A stretch of DNA of 63,729 nucleotides, filler included, from Octopus bimaculoides (Eukaryota), in NCBI RefSeq assembly GCF_001194135.2. It is 5 parts of 4 records of this genome, joined end to end, with 100 filler letters (N's around TTAATTAATTAA, not from the genome) between each part and the next. Parts side by side here need not be neighbours in the genome. Positions count along the whole stretch, not along the records: positions 44,820 to 57,721 come from NC_068995.1; positions 57,822 to 62,164 come from NC_068989.1; positions 62,265 to 63,729 come from NC_068985.1; 2 more parts are not named here. One strand, given 5' to 3'. The notes under the pieces are model-generated. The model worked only from the letters and a program-made list of their open reading frames with translations, searched no databases and was not told the DNA's origin. This document shows positions 50,401 through 62,800 of this stretch, in pieces. The translations under genes were made by a program, and so were the position numbers. Within the stretch, counting starts at the first letter, position 1; each line of letters opens with the position of its first letter.

Positions 50401-51491
50401 ACATCGCTCCCAGCAACATCGTTAACTCCATCAAAACTTTTTTTTCCATGCTCCTTCCTTCCTTCTGAACTAAAACCAGAATTAACCCGACCAGAACCAA
50501 AAGACAGCAGCCCCTTATTACAGCATCATGCATGACTGTCCATCCATGACCCACCCCGATTAACACACTGTCTGATCGATTAACTGGACGTTGTTGTAAA
50601 ATTATATGTTATGTTATGGTGCTAGCGAAAGATCGGGGTGGGGACGGGGTGGAGTGAAAGAGGGTGGGTAGCTTTGCAAGGTAATTGAAATGTGTTGGAC
50701 AAAAACACAAGGGATTTAAGTTTTTTTTTAAAAATAGGGGGTGGAGATAAAGAAAAACAAAGTGGTTAGGGCAAAACAATGGTATAAGCACCCGACCAAA
50801 GTAATGGTTGGCTTTGGTACTCCACCGAACAGNNNNNNNNNNNNNNNNNNNNNNNNNNNNNNNNNNNNNNNNNNNNNNNNNNNNNNNNNNNNNNNNNNNN
50901 NNNNNNNNNNNNNNNNNNNNNNNNNNNNNNNNNNNNNNNNNNNNNNNNNNNNNNNNNNNNNNNNNNNNNNNNNNNNNNNNNNNNNNNNNNNNNNNNNNNN
51001 NNNNNNNNNNNNNNNNNNNNNNNNNNNNNNNNNNNNNNNNNNNNNNNNNNNNNNNNNNNNNNNNNNNNNNNNNNNNNNNNNNNNNNNNNNNNNNNNNNNN
51101 NNNNNNNNNNNNNNNNNNNNNNNNNNNNNNNNNNNNNNNNNNNNNNNNNNNNNNNNNNNNNNNNNNNNNNNNNNNNNNNNNNNNNNNNNNNNNNNNNNNN
51201 NNNNNNNNNNNNNNNNNNNNNNNNNNNNNNNNNNNNNNNNNNNNNNNNNNNNNNNNNNNNNNNNNNNNNNNNNNNNNNNNNNNNNNNNNNNNNNNNNNNN
51301 NNNNNNNNNNNNNNNNNNNNNNNNNNNNNNNNNNNNNNNNNNNNNNNNNNNNNNNNNNNNNNNNNNNNNNNNNNNNNNNNNNNNNNNNNNNNNNNNNNNN
51401 NNNNNNNNNNNNNNNNNNNNNNNNNNNNNNNNNNNNNNNNNNNNNNNNNNNNNNNNNNNNNNNNNNNNNNNNNNNNNNNNNNNNNNNNNNN

Positions 51492-51527
<36 letters not shown>

Positions 51528-51669
51528 TATTATATATAAATACATACATATATATATATGCACACATACATATATAAATATATACATATATATATACATA
51601 CATATATATATATATACATATATATATGCATGTATATATATAAATATATATATATATGTAAACATATAT

Positions 51670-52022
51670 GCGCAGATGTGGCTGTGTAGTAAAAAGTTTG
51701 CTTCCCAACCGAAGATGAGTTTCTTCTGCTAAAGTTTCACACTCACCAGAGCCTTGTGGATTGATTTGATAGATGGAAACTGAAAGAATCCCGTCATATA
51801 TCCGTGTGTATCTGTGTGTGTGTGTGCTTGTCTGTGTTTTTGCCCCATCTCCGCATGACAAGCGGTGTTGCTTGGTGTGTTCACGTCCCCGTAGCATAGC
51901 GCTTCGGCATAAGGAAATGACGGGGTAAATATCAGGCCTTTAGGAGAAAGAAAAAGTCCTGCGGTTGGTCCGCTCGACTAAAACTGTTGAAAGAGTAGTA
52001 TTACTCCAGCAACGTCGCTCAG
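51670..52022 (+). mobile_element. SINE family A, degenerate full copy
   Basis: GCGCAGATGTGGCTGTGTAGTAAAAAGTTTGCTTCCCAACC...GAAACTGAAAGAATCCCGTC...CACGTCCCCGTAGCATAGCG...CTCGACTAAAA. Confidence 0.8.
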
Positions 52023-52024
52023 CA

Positions 52025-52270
52025 ACCTATCTCATTGCATCGTTCCATCGCAGGTTTATCAGTTGAAGGTCCGTGTCGAGCGTCAGATGCCAGTTCATCT
52101 TGTGATATCTCCTACGCCTTTGTAGCTAAGAGTTCCATTGAAGGATTTGGCGAGTTTCCAACATAACCTAGCCAGCTCAATTAGCGCTTGCTGTTGGTGA
52201 AGGTTACTTTGCGTTGATCTGCCCTACTTCTGACATCATTGTTGCTCAAAAAGTATTCCATTAAATGCCT
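52025..52270 (-). mobile_element. Possible RTE-like LINE 3' remnant
   Basis: YFLSNNDVRSRA...R*LSWLGYV and WHLTLDTDLQLINLRWNDA resemble the RTE ISNEEV..R...RRL.W.GHV...W...V..DL C-terminus. Confidence 0.45.
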
Positions 52271-52956
52271 AGTATTTTCAGGAGGTATCTAGTCTCAAAA
52301 ATATCTAGTTTGTTTTCTTATTTGCTTTACGGGTATCATTGTTCACAACCATATACAAGTGTAGAAAACACGATGCTGTTGAAGAACAGCATTTTCATTC
52401 TTAGAGAAAATTTCTTGCTATTGCGGATATCACTGATAGAATGCAGATACACCTTTCTAACTCTTTTTTTTAATCTTCATTGCAGTTAATGCAAATAACG
52501 ATAAAGGTGAAGATGTCTACCACCTCTATGTCATTCTGGCCGATGTAATCCTTTGATGGTGGTGTCTGTTTAAAGAAGTTTTAAAAAAGAATACGTAAGA
52601 AAAGGATAAAATAATACTCACTTAAAATAGCGTAATATACTAAGAGAATTTGCAATCAGAAAAGATGCAATGTATTTGATGTCATTACGAAGACACGCGT
52701 TTAAAAATTTTGTTAGTAAAAGGTTTGTATTAACCAGAAGTTGCACGCTTTCTGAAATACAGACACACTTATAGCATGAAACAGAGACAACCTGCCTACA
52801 TTATTTTCTTTTGGTAACGATTACGTTGGTAAAGTGTTAACATATAAAACGTTTAAAGTACATCGATTATTTATGTCAAAGAGCAAATAACTGAATTGGA
52901 ATCTAGAACGTTAGTGGACAAACTACAGGCACAACATTACTGAATACTGGAGTATA

Positions 52957-53001
<45 letters not shown>

Positions 53002-53216
53002 ATTTGTATACTCCTATATGAGCGTGTGAATATATATGTATGTAAGTTTCGTATATATACATATATCTGTTTGTGTGTATGTATATATGGAGGAGGGGAG
53101 ATATGTTTGGGAAATTTTGAATTATGAAAGTATGAGCAATTTGTGTATGTGATGGATAAAGAATAAAAGTGATTGAAATAGACAGACAAAGGTAGGGCGA
53201 CAGAGATAGATGGAAT

Positions 53217-53273
<57 letters not shown>

Positions 53274-53417
53274 GACAGAAATGGATAAAAGTTGAGAAAG
53301 ACAATAAAACATAGACAAGGATGTGATGGAAGTGAGAAAAGAAGTAATGGAATATGACACATAAATATACACACCTATATCTATATAGCGATGTATAAAT
53401 TCATGTATGAATGTACA

Positions 53418-53463
<46 letters not shown>

Positions 53464-53900
53464 NNNNNNNNNNNNNNNNNNNNNNNNNNNNNNNNNNNNN
53501 NNNNNNNNNNNNNNNNNNNNNNNNNNNNNNNNNNNNNNNNNNNNNNNNNNNNNNNNNNNNNNNNNNNNNNNNNNNNNNNNNNNNNNNNNNNNNNNNNNNN
53601 NNNNNNNNNNNNNNNNNNNNNNNNNNNNNNNNNNNNNNNNNNNNNNNNNNNNNNNNNNNNNNNNNNNNNNNNNNNNNNNNNNNNNNNNNTCTATGTATAT
53701 ATACATATACATGTATGAATGTATATATATACGCACACACACATGTAAGTATATGTGATGTGTGTGTCTAAATAGACTGGATGATAGATGCATATGCGTA
53801 CGCGCGAGTGCATGTGTATGTACATGTATATGTATACTAATAAATATATATGTACATATTTATATATATATGTATACACACATGTGCAGACATACACCAT

Positions 53901-53941
<41 letters not shown>

Positions 53942-54949
53942 TATATGAATCTATGTGTGTATATATAACATATGTACGTGTGTGTGTGCATCTATACGTG
54001 TTTGGATGTATATATGTATGTATTTATGTATGTATGTATGTATGTATGTATGTATGTATGTCTATATTGTAACTGGAACGTGTCAGAAAAATTGTTAAGA
54101 GAACCTATGTGTGTTTGTGCGTGTGTGCGTCCGTGCGTGCATGTGTGTCTGTGTCCTCTCTGTTCTCCTTCTTTCTTTGCCTGTCTGTTTGTCTGTCTCT
54201 CTGTCTCTATGTCTCTCTCACTCTCTCACTCTTTCTCTCTCTCTCTCTCTCTCACTCTCTCTCTCTCTCTCTCACTCTCACTCTCTCTCTCCCTCACACA
54301 CACACACACACTGTGTATGAGTAAATGTGTGTGAGTGTATTGGCGTAAAAGATAAGGAGGCCACATGAGATGACAGTATCCAACATAATCATGGAAAAGA
54401 ATCCTGCCAGAACGATGTATGTATGAAAAATCGGTGAAAAGTTATAATTTCTTGATAACAGATGGACTGTCCAAATGATAGGTTAGCTTCTGATGATAAG
54501 TAGGTCTGCCATATCTGAGCCAGGCAGAATTGCAATAGGAACGTGTGTCGAAGACACAACTCAGTAAGATGAGATGTAGTGAGAGAAGAAGACAGATTAC
54601 TTGAGAACACGACAACCAATCGTGAATATGTCTTCCCGTCCCTCCCACGATTCATTCTCTTAAGGAAAGATAATAGCCATGTTCTCTGAGAATGATAAAC
54701 CTGTTATGAAGCGCGGCTTGTTGTTGTATTTGAAGATACAAGATGGCAGCTAAAACGTGACTTCCTTCCTTCCACATCTGTCTCCCACAGTCATTCTATT
54801 TGATGTATCTACTATCAATAAGAAAAAGCGAGCATGGATGTCGTATCTCTCTCGTGTGTAATGTAATTTTGGTAAATGAATTTTTCTTCACTTGGTTCTT
54901 CAATATGTTAGAAATAGCAGCCAAACATCCGACTTCAACGTGTATGTTA

Positions 54950-55095
54950 TCTTTTACTTCTGTTATATATTGGACTGTCATCTTACTGGGGCAATTCCTA
55001 CAAGGGCTTATTCGAATAAAACGGACCAAGTGCATAGTTTTATTTGTCTGGTACTTATTTTATCGGTCTGTTTTGCCGAACTACTAAGTTCTCAA
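54950..55095 (-). mobile_element. SINE family A, 3' half, reverse orientation
   Basis: GGTACTTATTTTATCGGTCTGTTTTGCCGAACTACTAAGTT is the reverse complement of the family A 3' core. Confidence 0.75.
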
Positions 55096-55807
55096 TCGCA
55101 GGATAATGCTAATAATATAGCCTGAACAGGATAAACTACCCCTATTTTTCAGAAAAAAGTGTAGGTGGTTAGCTGTATTTTATAATCTGTATTTCACGAA
55201 ACCGCGTAAACTTATATCTCTATGTTCATCAACGTTACTACTTCTATACAATACAAATGTAATCCAAAAACAACCCGCTGAGGACGATAAACAATAAAAC
55301 AAATAAAATTTTAAAATTTAGTCTATATCTGAGGCTCGTTACCAACTGATCCACTGACAGGTAAAGGTCCGCAGCTCTGTGGATGCGGACCCTTGATTTA
55401 CCGAATTTTCTCAAGCAAAATCAGCGTGACACAGTGCAACAGCATGGACAATACACGACATTAACTTTGAACGACATTTGCAATTCAGAAAGAAAAAATT
55501 CGACATATGAATCGACTAGAATGAATGAAATTTGTATTAAGAATGGAGACAGCGAGAACAGATATGTCCGGCGCTCTAACATTTTAATAATTATCGGAGT
55601 AGTCTGGTTCAAATAGAGTAGGATCATAAACACAATGGGTTTGATCGTAGGTATTTTAAAGCTGTAATAGACCTGAGTAACATGATCTGATCAGTCACAA
55701 CCTTTGCGTCCATAATACAGGATTTCAAGTTACAGGACGTTTCTTAATATGCATCAGTGTACGCGCACGCGTGTGTGTTTGTGTATGTGTGTGTATGTGC
55801 GTTTGTG

Positions 55808-55855
<48 letters not shown>

Positions 55856-55859
55856 AAGA

Positions 55860-56095
55860 CGGGGTAGGGTTTCTGTGCTTGTGTTCTTCCTCCCTGTCAC
55901 GTTAGAACCGGTGTATGTTTGTTTACGTTCCCATAAACTAGCATTCCCGGAAAAAGAAACCGACAGAATAATTACCAGGATTTAAGAAATAAGAGCTTGT
56001 GGTCAATTCGTTCGGCTAATTCCCTTTCAGTCGGGTCAGCAACATGGCCGAAGTCTGGTGATTACAATCAGCAAAACGTAAAAGATAAAATAGAT
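55860..56095 (+). mobile_element. SINE family A, 3' half, after (GATA)n
   Basis: TGTTTACGTTCCCATAAACTAGC...GAAAAAAGAAACCGACAGAATAA...CAACATGGCCG. Confidence 0.7.
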
Positions 56096-56484
56096 TTCAT
56101 ATGAAGATAGAGTTTGAGAGAGACAGACAGACAGACAGACAAAACGTCAGACAGAAAGACAAAACGTCAGATAGACAGACAAAACGTCAGACAGACAGAT
56201 AGAGTGAGTGAGAGAGAGAGAGACGATGAGATGTATGTATTTGTGTATGAATGACTGTATGCATCTGCGATAGTGTGTAAGAAATATGTATGTACTCAAT
56301 ACGTAGCTTAGATTTAATACTTTGTGGAAATTATTGGTGATTCACACTTTTGTAATTCAGGAAAGAATATGCGTGATCTATCTGACAACGTATAGTGAAT
56401 CATATTTACTGTCTGCCTATTGCATAAACGGTTTTGTGCAAGAAGTTCCGAGTAACAATGCAATGACTTACTAACAGCCTTCCA

Positions 56485-56525
<41 letters not shown>

Positions 56526-57349
56526 NNNNNNNNNNNNNNNNNNNNNNNNNNNNNNNNNNNNNNNNNNNNNNNNNNNNNNNNNNNNNNNNNNNNNNNNNNN
56601 NNNNNNNNNNNNNNNNNNNNNNNNNNNNNNNNNNNNNNNNNNNNNNNNNNNNNNNNNNNNNNNNNNNNNNNNNNNNNNNNNNNNNNNNNNNNNNNNNNNN
56701 NNNNNNNNNNNNNNNNNNNNNNNNNNNNNNNNNNNNNNNNNNNNNNNNNNNNNNNNNNNNNNNNNNNNNNNNNNNNNNNNNNNNNNNNNNNNNNNNNNNN
56801 NNNNNNNNNNNNNNNNNNNNNNNNNNNNNNNNNNNNNNNNNNNNNNNNNNNNNNNNNNNNNNNNNNNNNNNNNNNNNNNNNNNNNNNNNNNNNNNNNNNN
56901 NNNNNNNNNNNNNNNNNNNNNNNNNNNNNNNNNNNNNNNNNNNNNNNNNNNNNNNNNNNNNNNNNNNNNNNNNNNNNNNNNNNNNNNNNNNNNNNNNNNN
57001 NNNNNNNNNNNNNNNNNNNNNNNNNNNNNNNNNNNNNNNNNNNNNNNNNNNNNNNNNNNNNNNNNNNNNNNNNNNNNNNNNNNNNNNNNNNNNNNNNNNN
57101 NNNNNNNNNNNNNNNNNNNNNNNNNNNNNNNNNNNNNNNNNNNNNNNNNNNNNNNNNNNNNNNNNNNNNNNNNNNNNNNNNNNNNNNNNNNNNNNNNNNN
57201 NNNNNNNNNNNNNNNNNNNNNNNNNNNNNNNNNNNNNNNNNNNNNNNNNNNNNNNNNNNNNNNNNNNNNNNNNNNNNNNNNNNNNNNNNNNNNNNNNNNN
57301 NNNNNNNNNNNNNNNNNNNNNNNNNNNNNNNNNNNNNNNNNNNNNNNNN

Positions 57350-57389
<40 letters not shown>

Positions 57390-57690
57390 CGTAAGAACGT
57401 ATGTATAAAGTCAAGTACACACATTTATATTTATCATATACACAGTGCATATGTATAGAAGAAACACTGAATGGCTAAGAGACAAAGAGACAAGAAAAAA
57501 AATCTGCGAGCAAGAATAGGGATGGTTCTTCAAAGCTGCATCACCTTAGAATAAAGCACCACGTTCCATAATCCCTTAATGTTATATAACATAACACCAA
57601 GACTCAATATCACAATGCTTCTATCAGTTTAACGATCAGAATAGTTATATACACAATGCCCAACCATATACATATGCTGTAAATATGCAT

Positions 57691-57721
<31 letters not shown>

Positions 57722-57854
57722 NNNNNNNNNNNNNNNNNNNNNNNNNNNNNNNNNNNNNNNNNNNNTTAATTAATTAANNNNNNNNNNNNNNNNNNNNNNN
57801 NNNNNNNNNNNNNNNNNNNNNGTGTACACATACATATACATGACGAATTGTGTT

Positions 57855-58010
57855 CACACACTCCCCGTCTGCCAAATTTCCCATGAAACTTTCGTCGAAC
57901 CGCGAATTAAAGCAGAAGACACTTGCACAACGTTTCACGCAGTGGAATTGAACCTGGAATCCCGCAGATGCAAAGTCAGCTTCTTGACAACACAGCTATT
58001 ACCTGCACCT
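57855..58010 (-). mobile_element. SINE family A head, reverse orientation
   Basis: GCAGAAGACACTTGCACAACGTTTCACGCAGTGGAATTGAACCTGGAATC is the reverse complement of the family A head. Confidence 0.75.
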
Positions 58011-58699
58011 ATCATACGGATGTAAAGCGCAGTAAACTTTTGCATTTAGCGCGAGCGTGTAACCATTATTATTGAATACTGTCTGACGTTCACTCACCAG
58101 GTACTTTGAAAAAAATTCCGATTTACGACTATAACAGCGAATGTGAATGTACGCTTATAAAAGAGCATTATTGATTTCACTAGGAACAGTATGGTATGAA
58201 GCTTCCCGTCGTTTACCCGTGAGACGTTTAAAACTATTTCAACAAACACTTCGAATTATTTCGACAAAAAACATTAACTCTATACAGATGCTAAGGTAGC
58301 ATTTGTATAGTATGTATATGTATTCATTTTCTCTCAAATACAAAGATCACAGATATCCTACCCCTCTTATAGATTGGTGCTAGATCCGATATCTCTATAT
58401 ATTCTGATATTGCTTTATTTTACAGTCCAGATATACTTCGTTAAGCCCGCAGGTTTTCTGATACCATGTCGATGACTATTGAATCAACTTAGAAGTCTTC
58501 CCAGTTACACCGAATAATGATGAATATGGGAATTATTAGCTATAAATGCATTCGTACCAAAAACTATCGATTTCGAAAGCCATCAGTTATTTCCTGGATA
58601 CTTGACTTAGTGAAATAATTTCAAAAACAGGAAGAATTTTAAGTAGATATTTGTTAAAGTTTTTACAATTTATGCAATTTCTGTAGCAAAATTATACTA

Positions 58700-59600
58700 A
58701 AATCTTACACGTAAAGATTACTGTTGATACGCCCTTTAATTTCGTCAATTATTTAGCTATAATCTCAGATTTAATAACGAATGCATATTGCTCTTTTAGG
58801 AAAACAAATGATAAGTTATACTATAGAGACGTCGGTTTAAACAACTTGCTTGCCATTATGAATAATTTAGCGAAAATCGTTTAATATAAGGTTATATAAT
58901 GTTAAATCTGATATAATTTTCTTCAAGAAAGTAACCCGTTATTATGAAGAACGTTTGAAATAGTGATTTTAATGATAAAGTTAATTACATAAATAATAAC
59001 GATGATAATTCTCAGAAAGAAAGAAAGAAGAGAAAAACCAGAAAGGTAAAACTATTTGGTTTAATGCTCCATTCAGTAATAATGTGCTTACAATTATCTC
59101 TAAACATTTCTTTAACTTAGATAAATATTTTCGGAAAGATCATAAATATCATAAGATTTTCTTTTTATAATAATAATGTTGAATGACGTAGGAAACTTGG
59201 GCACAGTTTTGTGACAGAATAACTGTAGAATATCTTAAACAACTATCTACATCCACTCCCTCCTGTTCGAGGAATTGTTTTAGCACTGTAAATTGTCCAT
59301 TAAATAATTTATGTCTTTGAAAAATCGATAGTTTATTGTGCGAAAATATTTACAGTTAATGATTCTGTTCCTAAGGATTATATCTGAATGAATGAACATT
59401 CATTTCAGTTAATATTTAATCAACATCAACATACTTTCAGCAATTCAAAAAGGTCTTTTGATACAAGTTTATCGAAGTACATCTGGACTTCAATTCATAA
59501 CAGTATCAGAGACTATAAAATCATTTGCAAGACATTGAAGATACGACAAAGCTTATAATCAGGTTAACGATGCTTGTGGTCTTTGTATCTTAAACATACG
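58700..59600 (+). mobile_element. Penelope-like element, RT C-terminus plus GIY-YIG remnant
   Basis: KITVDTPFNFVNYL, TIWFNAPFSNNVLTIISKHFFNL.DKYFRKDHKYHKIF, NCPLNNLCL, HQHTFSNSKRSFDTSLSKYIW and CGLCI appear in PLE order. Confidence 0.8.
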
Positions 59601-60124
59601 CTCAAGGTTAATAAAATCTTTCTTCCTGTGCTTCGAATATTTTTGAAATATTTTGAATTTTATCTCAGTTGAAGGACATAGAAAACCTCACCGTTCTGTT
59701 TCACACGTTTCTATTATATTTTATAAACGTGTGTCTCACAGCAAAATGTTTGGCCATCGGAAATCAGAATGTTTCTGGTGAGATATTTCAATGTCTACCA
59801 GACGAAAGCTGGAGAATTCCATTTAATACCGTTACAAGCTCTGATCAAATAAAATGGTTTTCTGTTATCTCTGCGCACAGTCACTAGTTTGGATTTTATA
59901 TATAAATAGAAAATTCAATAATCCTTTGCTTTTATGGCTTGACCACAGATAAAACGCGAAAATTCAGGTTTAAATAGAAAGAAAACAGAATATACCATAT
60001 CTCACTTCATCGCTGCATTGAGTTGCTTTTAAACTGTAGGATTACTTACACAAACACGCACACACATCATATATAATTGGGTTTGATATACAAATATTTA
60101 TGTGTGCGTGTGTGTGTGCGTGTG

Positions 60125-60193
<69 letters not shown>

Positions 60194-60587
60194 GTAATTA
60201 TGCAGATAAATGAATTAAATATAACTCCTTGGGGTTGATATACAAATATATATATTTATATATGTATGCATGCAGAAAGATTTATATATATATACATGTA
60301 TACAGACAGAAAGACAGAAAAGGCTGGAGGTTTTCAGACAAAGGATAACCAAGTATAAATATATGGATATTTATATATTGCTAGATCGAACTTTCACAGA
60401 GTACAAATGACAGAGAAAATTAAAGGGCTGCAAGAAAGGTGTTATATGTCCAACAGCTGTTTCTGGTGTTTGTGAGATCCATCATAATGTCGGTAGATGT
60501 GGTCCATCAAAATATGCAGCCAGTAATGGGAGCCGATATACATTGGACACGTCCAGCCTCTGTCATCAGGATAGAAAAAAATCTTCA

Positions 60588-61270
60588 CAGGAGTGACTGT
60601 GTGCTAAGAAGCTAGCTTGCTTCCCAACCGCATGTTTCTGGTTTCAATTCCACTGCGTGGCACCTTGCGGAAGTATCTTCTACAATAGCCTCGGGCCGAC
60701 CAAAGCCTTGTGAGTGGATTTTGTAGACGGAAACTGAAAGAAGACCGTTGTATATACATATATATATATATANNNNNNNNNNNNNNNNNNNNNNNNNNNN
60801 NNNNNNNNNNNNNNNNNNNNNNNNNNNNNNNNNNNNNNNNNNNNNNNNNNNNNNNNNNNNNNNNNNNNNNNNNNNNNNNNNNNNNNNNNNNNNNNNNNNN
60901 NNNNNNNNNNNNNNNNNNNNNNNNNNNNNNNNNNNNNNNNNNNNNNNNNNNNNNNNNNNNNNNNNNNNNNNNNNNNNNNNNNNNNNNNNNNNNNNNNNNN
61001 NNNNNNNNNNNNNNNNNNNNNNNNNNNNNNNNNNNNNNNNNNNNNNNNNNNNNNNNNNNNNNNNNNNNNNNNNNNNNNNNNNNNNNNNNNNNNNNNNNNN
61101 NNNNNNNNNNNNNNNNNNNNNNNNNNNNNNNNNNNNNNNNNNNNNNNNNNNNNNNNNNNNNNNNNNNNAAAACAAGTAAAAGAATAGAATAAATAATATA
61201 TTCATTCGACTAAAACGTCTTTAACGCGGTGCCCCAGGATGATCAGTAGTCTAATGACTGAAACAAGCGA
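60588..61270 (+). mobile_element. SINE family A, with its internal (TA)n spanning an assembly gap
   Basis: Well-preserved head CCACTGCGTGGCACCTTGCGGAAGTATCTTCTACAATAGCCTCGGGCCGACCAAAGCCTTGTGAGTGGATTTTGTAGACGGAAACTGAAAGAAG. A 3' piece GCGGTGCCCCAG...TGACTGAAACAAG follows the gap and may belong to a second copy. Confidence 0.82.
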
Positions 61271-61409
61271 ACGATATACAACATACATATATAAAAAGAT
61301 AGATTGAGAGATACATATCCACAGACACACTCACGCACACGTAGAATAATAAACGCCATATTGTTTCCTGTGATTCGAAACACTCTTGTTTTTATTATTG
61401 GTGCTGTTG

Positions 61410-61625
61410 TTAAAAGCGTGAGCCGGCAAAATCGTTAGTACGCCGTGTAAAATGCGTATCGGCATTTCATCTGCCGCTACGTTCTGAGTTCAAATTCCGC
61501 CCAGGTCGACTTTACCTTTCATTCTTTTGGGGTCGATAAATTAAGTACGAATTACACACAGGTGTTGATGTAATCGACTCATGCCCACCTCCCTCAAACT
61601 GCTATTGTGCCAAAAATTTGAAATA
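61410..61625 (+). mobile_element. SINE family B (tRNA-derived), near full length
   Basis: GAGCCGGCAAAATCGTTAG (A-box-like), GAGTTCAAATTCC (B-box), then the core GTCGACTTTACCTTTCATTCTTTTGGGGTCGATAAATTAAGTAC. Confidence 0.8.
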
Positions 61626-61914
61626 GTAATAATTATTGTTGTCATTATCGTTGTTTGGGATCAGGTGAAACTACCTTGAGCAGATCTATAATGAAAGGCT
61701 CTACAGATCGCGACACCATAACTTGAAAATAGGAATAATGTAGCTAAGACTACATTTATTCAATGTACATTCCTTCCATGTACGGCGCTCTGGCGTGATT
61801 CGGGGTTTGTTCGCATTGTTATTTCTAAGAGTTCGAGAAACTTAGCGGAGGGTTTTATTTTCCAGCACGAGTGAAATAAAAAGTTTAAAATAACACAACA
61901 CGCAATATACGCCC

Positions 61915-62010
61915 ATACATACATACATACATACATACAAACATACATCCAGCCATCCATCCATCCATCCATACATACATACATACATACATACATACAT
62001 ACATACATAC
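61915..62010. repeat. (TACA)n/(TCCA)n microsatellite
   Basis: Direct reading. Confidence 0.95.
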
Positions 62011-62619
62011 ATGCTTGCATATATACATATATGCCCAGAGGCAGATATGCACATTCGCATACAAAAGCACAGACGTACTCACACATATACACAAGGCGTA
62101 CAAACATAGGTCTGTGTAGATTATATGATGGATGCATATATATATGCAAATGTATGTACATATANNNNNNNNNNNNNNNNNNNNNNNNNNNNNNNNNNNN
62201 NNNNNNNNTTAATTAATTAANNNNNNNNNNNNNNNNNNNNNNNNNNNNNNNNNNNNNNNNNNNNCTAATAGGTAAAGCATCTTGGTTTTCCAAAAGGAAC
62301 AAATGAATAAATGATATCACAAAGTATTATAAATGCTTCAAATTTTCATTAATTAAGCTTGAAACTCATCTTCGTTCATTCAAATTAAGCTTCTATAAAT
62401 TACTCTAGAGAAAGACTTTTGTCATTGAATAACAAGCGATTCTTCCTTATCTCCATTCTATACTGCACACTGGCCAGTCCTTGGTCAGTTTTGGTAGCAT
62501 CTCAGGCATTTTAAGAAGAGGTTGCAAGCCCTTTGATTTAACCCTTCCCCAATTATAGAGACAGAGACACTGTGAATGTGTCCTAAGATATTTTACACAG
62601 TATAATGGCACTAAAGCAA

Positions 62620-62800
62620 AGAAATTTAGAGAGTTAAGAATTGATCCCTGGATTTGATTGGTAATTTTATTTATCAGACTCAGGAGGATAGAAGGCAATA
62701 TTGACTTCCGTGGGATTTGAGCTCATAGCAAAGTGTGCTGGAAAGAGAAGCACAACACTTTCAATCTGACACTCTAATGATCCTGTCAATTGCCACCAAA
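62620..62800 (-). mobile_element. SINE family B, degenerate reverse copy
   Basis: TTGGTAATTTTATTTATCAGACTCAGGAGGATAGAAGGCAATATTGACTTCCGTGGGATTTGAGCTC mirrors the 61.4 kb core. Confidence 0.55.

Noticed and set aside
49712-50566. His-rich, Met-rich and Val-rich ORFs
   Set aside because: They are products of trinucleotide low complexity, with no splice or domain evidence.
52487-52548. VNANNDKGEDVYHL, ankyrin-like, after a strong acceptor
   Set aside because: It lacks the TPLH.A core and meets a stop shortly after; insufficient evidence.
55383-55633. 77 aa and 70 aa opposing ORFs
   Set aside because: No family recognised and no supporting splice architecture.
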